A stretch of DNA of 64,000 nucleotides from assembly GCA_977030845.1 (NCBI GenBank), contig OZ365116.1, positions 22,754,001-22,818,000 on the forward strand. The letters are read 5' to 3'. Both the position numbers and the translations under genes were made by a program. Below are positions 45,601-57,600 of the stretch, piece by piece (position 1 is the first letter of the stretch; each line of letters starts with the position of its first letter). The DNA is from Fimbriosthenelais zetlandica (Eukaryota). The notes below the pieces were generated by a model that did no database searches, was not told the DNA's origin, and saw only the letters and a list, made by a program, of their open reading frames with translations.

Positions 45601-48600
45601 AAAATTTAAAAAAAGTCAATTTTAGAACAAGATCACTAAGATGATGACAAACGTTTCCTCTCCCATTATCGCTTTGAATTTCAGCTTAGTGGAGTCATAA
45701 CATAGAATAGAGAAATGGAACGAGACAGCAATATGGCGGGAATAATGGCACGATATCGTTTGTGCGGATGAATATGGGACGAACCGAAGGTGAGTCCCAT
45801 ATTCATCCGCACAAACGATGAGTGCCATTATTCCCGCCATATTGCTGTCGAGTTCCATTTCTATTTTATTATATGCGCTATTTAAATGAATACTTTATTC
45901 ATTTTTACATCAAGACTTAGCTATTTTTTTTGAGACTTGCCCTTTTTTTGAGACCTGCAAATTTTTTTTTTGAGACCTGCCCTTGTCAAGTCTTGGTTAC
46001 CAATGTCAACAAGTCGCCATCAACCATCGCCATCCACTCCGCTCGCCCGTTAAACAATTGGCAGAATAACTCAGTAAAAGCTAGCTAGATATTTTTTAAA
46101 CTTCACAGGCCGGTGTAAAAAGGTATGGGAAATTGTTTTTCTGCATTGGATTTAGCAGCTTTGATACTAACACGACAAAATAATGACAAATAGGCGGGCG
46201 ATATTAGGTGATCGCAACGTCCGATGCGGCGATATCGCTACTTTATGATTTTCACTCTTGAAAACCACGATCAAACACTATTGAAATTCACCTACCGTCC
46301 TTCATCATGCCATGACAGGGATAAGAAGGGCTGGCCTTTACACTGGACTCATTGGTTTTAAGACGTTTTGATCAGAAAATATGCTGATGGTCGAATTTGA
46401 TTTTGGGTGCTGGGTAAAATTGATGCGGGAAGCCACTGTCACTGACATGTCACTGCAGCTGCAGGGAAGCCTACGGCTACGGGCAGGCTAGGCCTATGTC
46501 TAGCCTCTAGGCCTATCTAGGCTGCATGGGGGTGCTCTATCTAGGCCTAACTTTTGAGATTTTTTCATGGACACTAAATTTAGAGAGGAAAATATATATA
46601 ATATCAATGTGCGGCATGCCTGGCCCTTGCCACGGCACAGGGAAGCTATAGGCTAGGCCCCATCATCTGGGGCTAGGCTGCGTGGGGGCTAGGGCTAGGC
46701 CTACTCTCTGGTTTGGTTTTTCATGGAAAATGAATGTGAACGGGCAAATGTCATATATTTATCAGGATTTTACATAGAAAGGCGTCAAAATTATTTTCTT
46801 TTTTTGTTTTTTGAAGGATAAAATCAATTTCGGCCAATGTAAATTAAAGCCACATAAGAAAAAAATAGTTCCGGTCCGTATGGAACGGGAGTTCCATACG
46901 GAAAACCGTATGGCACCCCCCTATATGGCACTTTCAGATGGAATGCGCATATAATAAAATTGATAAAGGACCGTCAAACCAGATAATGAACAATAATGAT
47001 TATAATTGCCTTACCTGGGAGTTATTGAGGTCTGTTGACGGGAATGCTGTTGATCTTGGGACTGGTTCAGTTGGAGATTTTGCAGGACTGTTGCTAAGTC
47101 ATCAAGGTAGATACGAGCTAGAGAGAGAAGACTGGGGGACTGGGCTCCAATAGTGGGAAACCGGGCCAGTTGTACCACCATCTCCTCAAGAATATTCACC
47201 TGGGAAATTACATGGATAAGAATGTCAGCTATCAGATTAGGGATATTTAGATGGATGGGCAGGTAAAATCAATGAAATATGTACCTACATCTATAGATTT
47301 TACATGATTGATTACACAATAAATGTACCTTTTGGGTAGCAGTTTTTGGCAGCAGGAGGTGACATCTGATCTTATGTTCTACACCATAAGTCATCATTTG
47401 GGAGCCGGAGAGAACCTAGAAAAGATAAGAATTTGCAGATCTGGAAACATCTTCTTGACTTTCCAGGGCTTTCCAGGAGGCTGTGAACCCCCATATCTCT
47501 ACTAATAGTTGATTGAGTATGTTTTGGATAAAGAGAAGATTTTGTAACTCACCATGCCTATACCGGCAAGGAAGGGGTAGAGGAGGTCCCTGTATAGCGG
47601 GTATCTGTACTGGACACGCCTGATAAACTCACTGATGGTGGTCATCCAGGCATGACTCTCCTGGAGGACACTCTCCAGGTGCTGTGCTGAGTGGACAGAG
47701 CCTGCCCGCCCATAGAGCGACACACACTTCCCCACCAGCAATAACACCTTCTCTGGCTTCAACACATTGGTCAGGAATGATTTGGTTTCATTCAATATTT
47801 CAGGGAACTGCAAGAGAAAAAAATAGAGAATTATGTCATTTCATGTATGGGAATCAAACTCGTTCAGTTCTGCCTTCGAATCATGTTACTTGGAGTGAGG
47901 CGGTGGCTGCGATGTTCACTTAACTGCGGCCACAAATACCCCAATTGATACCCCTATTTCATTTTGATAGTAATTTTCTGTAATTCTCACCTGGCTTGGA
48001 TCAGGCCTGAAGGCCACATCTTGACTCATACTCTCTATCTCAGCCACCAGGTGATCCTGCCGCTCTATCAACCACGTGACCCTCGGGTGTAGGTCACGTG
48101 ATGCCCTGTTGATCACGTGTCCTTTGTGGAGCAGACTCAGTCTGCCTCTCACCTCCAACTCATGCTGGATTTCCACAAGCTGGGAAAAATGAAATCATAA
48201 CATCAGAAAGGAAACCATGATAAGGAAATAAATGTAGTCTGAGATCTTCTATAGTATCTGAACTTACCTCTTGTCTTAGATATTCCAATATCACAGCTTT
48301 CTTTTCAGCAGGATCCACAGGACCTTGGGGGGACAACAGGAAGGCTTGTAACAAGCCAACATGGATGAATGCTCGACCGTTATGTAAGGCTTGCCGTGAT
48401 ATGTCAGTCTGTCCCACTTTGAACATGTCCTTGAAACTCACTAAAGTTGACTCAAAAACTTCAGAAAACATTTCCATGAGTGTGGTGTACATATCAAAGC
48501 CTAGGTCCTCTACTGGGAGGGGTTTGTCTTGTTCGCCTTGATTACAGATGCCGTCTATCAAGACTTCTACAGTACTTGGTTTGATGGTTTCACATTGATC

Positions 48601-51600
48601 GGATGACATTGCTACAAGGAGGCGATGAAAGACACCCTTGGCTAAAATCTTGTCGGACTCACTGAAATATTATAAAATTCAAGATGAGACAAAGGGAAGC
48701 TTCATTTCAGTATAAGCATGCTTTGGTGAACGAGAAATGCAATTAACGAACGGAGAATTATAGGGATGGGTACCTAGGTTGAAATGTTGAAGTGCAGAGG
48801 GCACCACTGTGAAGCCACATGACGTTTGAGAGTTGAGTTAGCTGAGAGGTGCGAGCTTCCATCTCACCTAGTCTGATGTTACTAGGTAACCAACTCTCAC
48901 CTGACGAACCAGGCGGAGCCACTAACAGAGTAGTCATGATGCTAGACAACAGGCTGCAATACTGCAAAGAAATTACATTTTTTTTAGAAAAGTTTTTACA
49001 TTATCAAGCATTCTCGGTAAATAACGTATTGATAAATAAATTTCGGGAGGGGAGAGAGTAATCTTACCAGCGTGTCGGGGTATATTTTAGCCGCTTCCTC
49101 TACCATATCTTGTCCTCTTTTACTCTCAGGCTTCCATGAGAGCCACTTTTCACGGTTGTAGGTAGCTGTGGAGGTGCATATTTGCATCACCAACCCCAGG
49201 ACCATCTCAGACAGGTGCGATTTGAGTTCATCCTTAAAATACAAAGGCAAAACCATCAGTACCAATTCAGAGATTCAAATCAGGTGAGCCCTTGAACAAG
49301 AAGAGTTATTTGCTAATGTTATTTTGACCAAAATAAATATTGGTATAAGTTCTTAGATGAAATAGGTTCAATGACAAACTTACTTCATTTTCATTGTCGT
49401 CTTGTAGGAGGAAATCCACTATAAGCAGGGCATGGGGCACGCCAGTCAGATGTGAGAATCCAAAGTCACGCACCTGTATGAGAGCCTGCCTTAGTGTGTC
49501 TACCTCACCTGAATCCACCAGACGCGCCGCGAGTTGATGTAAGGCCCTCAGGCTGAGGGCATCATACAGGGGCCAGAGGGCCAGTTCATGAGGGCTGATC
49601 TGTGGGACCTTTGTAGGGCCTGACTCAGTCTCCATGGGTGTCTCATGGGGGTCTGATGGTAGTGGGAACTCGGTAACTGGGAGACCATATCGGTATAACA
49701 GTCGGAGCAGTTCATTGCCATCTGCAAAAAAAATCCATTCAAATAGTCCATTTTATGAGCCTTTAAGATATATACAATTTCCAATTTGTTCCTTTCAAGA
49801 ACTGACAACATATAACACATCCCACTACCCTTATGAATGATGGATCTAAGAAGCCTTGACTTACTTGAGGAGTCGGTGTTGTAGGTAGAGAGGAGGGTGG
49901 CGGGAAGGTTCTGTATACAGCAGATCCTCTCCTCCTCATAAGACTTGAATGTTTTACTCACTATAATGCAACACATATTAACTGATATTAACTGAAGCAT
50001 TTATAGGGAAATACATGAACAAATGAATCTACAGCAACTAGACACCTTACTCAATATATCAATAGTGACTTTCAACTTTCTTTTAATATCTTTATGGTAA
50101 TTGTAGGTTTAATTAAAGCATTTTGGATTAAAGTTTAAAAGTAATTTAATGTCTGAGGGTGACATTTTAGTGCCATATAGAATGCGTGGAATGACCAGTG
50201 GTTACCTCTGTGCTCCAGCTTGGGTATTAAGACATGTAGTTTGTGAGTATTGTCTGCACCCTGTGATTCCTTACAGGGAGGTGGATGACCAAGCTGGGTA
50301 GACAGCGCCATCTGAAGTCTGGCCGCCTTACTGTCTATAACCAACTCTGTTTGCAGCTGTTTGATCACTGACAATAGATCTGGTGTCATCCTGAAATGAG
50401 AAAATGTCACTCTCATCTACAGACCCGTTGCACTGCTAATACATTTCGCGCTTTTTCCCTTGGTGTCTTCCGGGCCACAAATGGAACAGTGTCTTCCTGA
50501 CTTGCTCCCTATAACACTACATCTTGCTTTTATTCAGGCTCTGTTGCCGGGTCAGAACACAAGAGTTCAACCAACACTGTCATGATAAGAATCTGTGATT
50601 TTCAAAGGACTTTAAAAAGGCCAGGGATATTTTTTTTCAAAAACACTCTATTGTTCAACAGTTAATTGCTTCGTTGAGAAATCCAAACAATTTCAATGAC
50701 TTTCAAGGTCAAGTACGAATCCTGTTCACATTTTATGTCATCAAATATAGAAATTCTGAGATAATCTATTTATTATCAATTAAATGATATGTAACATACC
50801 TATCAGAGGAGAGGATGTGGGGAAGGGCCTCCTCTTCACACCAGTTCCAGTGTAAGGCGAGGAGTGGCAGGAAGGAACCAAGTCCCATCTGCTCCAATGG
50901 TTTACTACACAACTCAAACAGCCTGTACACCAGGCCTACCTTCACATAGAGCTAACAAAGACAAACACAACGAGATGTTAGGCACAGGGACAATCAAAAA
51001 GATGTGAGCTCCAAAGAAGTAATGTTATACACAGCCACAACAGAAGCTAAGAATTTTGGCTGAAAACTTCAGAACATCATGGAAAATCTTTTAATTTATC
51101 AAACGTCTACAAAAAATGTATAGATTATGTGATGAAAACTCGTAATAATGGAATGAAGGAGATCTAAATATGTATAATCTTTTTCACCTGGTTGAGTTGG
51201 TCGTCTGGAATGCCATGGTATGAACTTAGTGAAGTCTCCAAGTCCTCTCCCAGTCTGATGAGGAAGGGGTGAAGATGTGCCAAGACTGGATGGCGCATCT
51301 GTGAAATGTCCATCCCTCCTATAAATAAATTTCAAAATGATTTCTGCATTCCATACTAATGAATTTTGGAAAAAAAAGAATCTATTGTTTTATCTATCCT
51401 AGAAGGACAATAATATAAAGATGATTTTAAGGTAGGAGAGTAGAGATTCACCTTTATGGAAGGCTGTAGAGTACTGGAGGGCTGACATGGTCCCCGGCTT
51501 GTGTATGTATAGAGGAACATCGTCCACGTCGTCTATGTACCGTGTCCACCGTCTCTTGACGTGACTCAGGAAGAACAGTCTATAAACAAACAATTATTAA

Positions 51601-54600
51601 TTGAGTATCAAAATTCCATTCAATATTACACCAAACCACCCTAGATTGGGGGTTAGTTTAACATGAAAAAAATATTGTCTGTAGTCAGTACAGTGGTAGT
51701 ATTGGTGAGTGTGGACTTTTTATGCCTCGTCTCTCAAATAAATAATTATTAATTAACAATAATCTGAATATTGACTTGTACATTATAAGATCCTAAGATT
51801 GTATCGTATTTATCTCTGAGAAGCCAAGGCTATTCTCCCATTTACTGAAGGAATTCCTCAACTAAACTGACTTCAGATTTTGACATTCTAGTCAGGAAAG
51901 TACGTGGAAAAAGTTGCCTTAGGGAATAGGGTCTGACTTGATTGGCATTGCCTCATTATATACACAGAGGTACCTTAGGCAACTGCTTCTTCAACTTGAG
52001 ATTAAACACTCTATTTTCAAGATAAAATTTACAGCCCAGTTGGACAGAGTTGCAAGGGATTAAAATGAAAAAGTCGGCTGCCAAATAGTGAAGAGGAATG
52101 ATAAAGTGAGCGAGGAAGCAAAGATGGCGCGGGGAGATGGGCTCATTGTGTCTGTTGTATAAGTTGAGAGGATATGTCAGACATGGGCTTTATGTAGGCT
52201 TCATGTGACCTTATTACTTGTAGATTACCAGGGGGAAATCCCTCCTGACAGCTCCCTACTAATACACAGCCAGTCTCATCATCTCTAGATAAGGTGATTG
52301 GTTAAAGGCTCTCACACACCAAACTGACAGAACTGTAGGTGCAGTACTCACCAAACCAACGAATACATTCAACTAAAGGCCCAACGGTGTGTGGTCAGTG
52401 AGATTGCCAAATCCATTACTCCCTCATCCATTCATGATTTCACATTAATATATATGTCCTACTTATGAAATTGATAAGCCAAATACCCCTTGATTAATAA
52501 CTCTGTTTAGTAATTAATAACTCTTTTTAGTTAAAAAATGACATACTTTTCATATGAAATAAATTAATACTGAAAAGAGCAAAGTCCCTCTTGTACAGGA
52601 ATGTCCACCACAAAGAGTTTAGCCTTATTCCTGAAGGACCATCTTGTCACGATATAAGCCCCCTATTCACAGGGCAGAATGTCCGGCAGGGCAGCAATAG
52701 GCCAGTGGTAGGGGTGTGGGAGAGGGGGCTTTTGTCCAGCATTGATAGCACCTTAATACAGATCGCATGTCCAGCATGTATTACTCTTCCTACTGGAGGA
52801 TTCCTAGAGGCATGAAATGCTCCTAGTCAACTCTGCCTCTAACCGTGCCCTCACCATCTCCACCTCAATTACCCTCCATACACCACCCCCGCCATCTCTA
52901 CCACTACTTCGTCTTTTCTTAAACAATTCTCGCATATCTGTTCTTCAAATCGCAGCCCCCTTCATTTCCCAATCGCACCTACCATCCCTTCCGAATCACT
53001 CATACCTCCCTTTCTTAATTGCCTCTACCTTCCCAATTACCCATAACCTTCCTTTCCCAATTGCCTCTACCTTCCTCTCGAATTACCTTTACCTTCCTTT
53101 CCAAATTGTCTCTTAACTTCATTTCTTAATTGCCTCTACCTTCCTTTCCCAATTGCCTCTACCTTCCTTTCTCAATTGCCTCTACCTTCATTTCCCAATT
53201 GCCTCTACCTTCCTTTCCCAATTGCACCTACCTTCCTTTCACAATTGCCTCTACCTTCCTTTCTCAATTGCCTCTACCTTCCTTTCCCAATTGCCTCTAC
53301 CTTCCTTTCTCAATTGCCTCTACCTTCCTTTCCCAATTGCACCTACCTTCCTTTCACAATTGCAGCTACCTTCCTTAGCAATTAGTCTGCTTCTTGTACC
53401 CTACCTAGATAATCGTCTTAAGAGCCAATGATCTATCACAATAACACCAGATTCCGTGCCAAAAATCCTCAGTCAAACAAAGACTGCTGTTCACAATATA
53501 TATGAAAATAAAAATCCATGTCACGTATCGTGAGAGCAAGAAATTTATTACTTCTCTGTTGAGCATGATGAAAAAAATAATTCCCACACGTGATCCGACT
53601 GATGATTCAGGCAATCAGAGTCCCACCTACTCTAGGGGAAAATAATATCCATCAAGGTAATTTATTGAATCACTTCAGCCATACTGTTTTAAGACATTAA
53701 AATTTCCCTCACGTGCCTCTTGGAAGAGGATTGTGCCTTTTCTATCTCTCTACTCCTATTGGACCGTTAATATATGTCTAGTAATTTCCGGCAGAAAAGA
53801 GAAACAATGATGAAGACTTACTGGTTAGTAGCACGGTTTATAGACTCAACCTTCTCTCTGACGTCATTTCCTGCTTGTAAGTGACCAATCTGGAGGTGTT
53901 TTACAAGGTAGTGGTTCCAGCGAAGGTCAAGAGGTTGTTGCCTCAAAACATGAATGCCTAGAAAAGAGAACATAAGATATTTAATGCAACGATTACAAAA
54001 CATAATGAAGCAATGGACTAATTAATGGCTCTTAATACCTCTGCTGTTATAACTGATTTTCTCATGTGAAATTCATTTCCTACTTAGCACCCGAATCAAT
54101 GTGAAGCTTTTACGCATGGATAAAAAGAATACCGGTAAGCTCTTTCTATTTTTTCCAAATAACATACATGTAGTTGTTCCAATCTATCTTAGTAATTGTC
54201 AGGTTATATCGGGAGGTTTTTGCGCTTTCTTTTCCTTGTATTTTAATGCTGCGACCTTGCAGCACCTACAATATCACATATTCATACCAGCTTGGCCTGC
54301 GAAAAAGCCTTCCAAATGCCAGACACACCTCGCTTATCAGTTTTAGAGAGTACTCCAACCCCTCCACTAAACCAATCTCTCCCTATTCTACACTCTTCAC
54401 AAAAAAGAGCATGGTACTTGAAGAGTCCTCAGAATGAGCTGAAAAGGCAGTTAGGCCAGGCTTCTGACAGCCAAGAGAAGCACTGGCTAATGTGATCTAC
54501 GATACAGGGCAATGGTGGAGGCCTGGAAGAAACCATATACATGATCCTAACAACCACAGCCCCAACCTGCCATGTCCAAACTTCCCTGTAGGTACGCATA

Positions 54601-57600
54601 TATACAAAATGATTTCCAAACGTTGTATTGCAACCAATAGGAATTTCTATACAACTTATATTTTGTTTAACTTTCCTCGAGGAAATCTGTAGCTGATTGA
54701 AATCTTTCTATTATTCATGTCTCAGATTTCTATATTGATCAAGAGGGAATATATTATTTAACTGCTCGTTGCTGCTAAATATTAATATCGCAGAATATGT
54801 GAAAGGAGGAGGAGGGCCATCAGTATCAGACTTAAAGAAGCACCAGGCCCAGGATGAAGGGTTCAGGCGTGTGACAGTATCATTAAAAGCTTCAGTACGG
54901 ACTAGAGCACCCAATGACAAGCCCAGTATAGAATGGACTGACTGTGACACATTGAAATTTGCATCTCATTTTCCGTACTCTAAGAAGGTGAGTGGGAGGC
55001 TAGGGGTGCGTGGCTGTCCTCCAGGGATCACCGGCCATGTGTGTGACACGTAATAAGAGCCCCAGGTTACCATGGTGATATTGATTGACATGCACATCTC
55101 GTCATGTCACCCCCTAGTGTCATAGCCCTCGCTAAATAACCCATCTGGGGGTTTCACCCCACCACAAGTTAATGCAATATTGATTCAAGGTTGTAAAAGT
55201 TGTATGATCGAGTCGGGAGATTGCATTTGACATTCTTTTATCTTTATCTGATTGTGTCTTGCAAATCTTTCCCACTTCCTGCAGGCAATCTGGCACCCAT
55301 TACTTGCCAAGGTTTTGTCACATTACAAGGCTGGCAACGCAAGATGTCAAAGATTTGTGGGTGAAAACATGAAGTTCTTCAGGAAATCCAATCTACTTCT
55401 TACCACATTTATCCCAATATTATATCGACCAGGAAACAGAAATGACAGGGTTTGCAGGGACATATTTTGAGGAATCATGTCAGAGCCAAAGCAAACGTGG
55501 GCTATAAAATAGCTTGATAAAAACATTGAGATAATAGATAGGGGGATGAGGGATTGATTTTTGGTGAGGGCCGGTGGTGAAAGACCTTACAAGATGGGAA
55601 GCCTGCAGCTGGTGGATGCGAACACATTGACAGATCGATGGAGGTCAAAATAGTAGGCATTAAACATACTCCTCTCCCTCCAAACCCCTGTAAGGTACTT
55701 CTAGCACAACAATTGTCAACGTCCACTATTAGGTGTCCCCATGTCAGCTACAGTCTAATCTACAGATGGACCAAATATAAAAAAACACTCACTGCAGTGT
55801 TGATGAGTGGAGAAGGACGAATAGACCGTAGACAGGGATATCAATGGATTACAGTCATATATGCATTTCGACATTACTGCATAGAGAGACAATACTTTTT
55901 TAGTTAAAGAAGCAGTTCTAAGTAGGCTATTCAGCTGTTGAGTCAAACATCGAGTTTCAAGTAGGATTTGGTATTGTTCTGTGATCTTGGTTCAAAGAAG
56001 CAGTTTTAAGAAGGCTTTAAGTATTAAGCTGTTGAGTCAAACAGCCTGTTTAAAGAAGGCTTTGACTACTTAGCTGTTGAGTCAAAGAGGCATTTTTAGA
56101 CGTTGACTTTCAGCTGTTGAGTTGAAGAGGCAGTTTAAAGTAGGCTTTGACTATTCAGCTGTTGAGTCATATAAAAATGCCCAATGCATGAATTTAAGCA
56201 CAGCTCTGACTGGAATAGGCCTACTATTCCATGCAAGTTTACCAAGAGGCAAATTGATAGTGGGAAGATGCGAACAATACTGTTGGAGCAATCACAGAGA
56301 AGGACATAATTTCCCATGGTAAAATACAACATACAGATGTACTCTTCCCCGATTAGCCATTGGTATTCAGGACCTTGTTGTTGCTATGGGCATTCTGTGA
56401 CAGGTCCTGGTAGAATGGGTATGAAATACAAGGCTATTGTTGCCATGACAACATCGATCATGACGTCAGAGTGTCTAACGTCCATAGCTTGTAGCGAGAC
56501 ACGTTATGAAACAGAAAACCAAGAGCTGTCGACAATGAGTAGTTTTTAAATGAGCAACTCAACAATATCCTCACAGCCAAGTGTGAGGTATAGATTCCGT
56601 TCACTTTACGATGAGACATCTCCTAATTGCAATTTATCATAGAATGGCCTCGCCATTGACATATGACAAATTCTTTGCTCAGTGATTCCAGCTGGAGAAA
56701 GGATAGATTATCCTGTCTCTGCTGTATCGGCTTTTCCTCGTCCATGGAGAATCGGAGAGGAATTTTTCCTCGGGACAGGAAGCCGGGGACTGTTTCCAAG
56801 GCCGAGATGTGATTTTTGATGTTTCTAGGATACCATGATTCACTAGATTGCATATCACTCTTCTTTAGCAAACTAGGCCCTTCTGCAAGAATTTTCATTA
56901 GAAAAGACCTTTTAAAACTAGATCACAGAGAGTGAAAGACAACAGCCAATTGACTCCCCTTAAAAGGCCAAAACTCAGTTAATTCAATCCTTTACAAAGC
57001 ACTTCCTAATGGAGGCATCAGGATAAATAACAAATGAAAAACTTTATCTACAAACAAAAACTTCTGTATTCAGTGTTCCCCTTATCTGCCCCTAGACAAA
57101 CAGAGGCATCATTGATTTAACAATGGCTGAATGTGACAAAATCTCTAGTTGCACTAAAGTGAACGAGACAATGTGAAACACGGAAACGAAGAGGGAGATC
57201 CACACATAATTAAATTAATGAAGAAGCCTATTAATCACTTTGTGTCATGATGTAATTCAGTCATTAACTTTCTGTCATATATGCAGACAACCCCCGCAAA
57301 CACCAAAGACAGTTGGAGGCTTCATTTAAGGCATAGGCTTTTAAAAGCCCATCCATCATATCCCCCTCAAGATAGCGACTGAGGACAAGAGACCCACTCA
57401 CAGAAGATAATGTAATGCTTCGTACCCCTCCATCAAAAGTTATTTTATCAGAAAATTATCTGAAATTACAAAAATTAAGCAATGTTGACACGATAATGTC
57501 ATCTTTTTGCATGATAAATGACAATCCTATAGATAACATTTCAAAGACAGTTCTTATGAAAGTGGGGTTTCTATAGATGCGATGGAGGAACCAATGGTGT

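Noticed and set aside
52817-53431. Overlapping Pro/Leu/Ser-rich ORFs
   Set aside because: Artefacts of the stop-free 23-bp repeat.
54435-54467. Two in-frame TGA codons as selenocysteine in nested candidate 1
   Set aside because: No redox-motif context and no identifiable SECIS. Stops or an indel are the simpler explanation.
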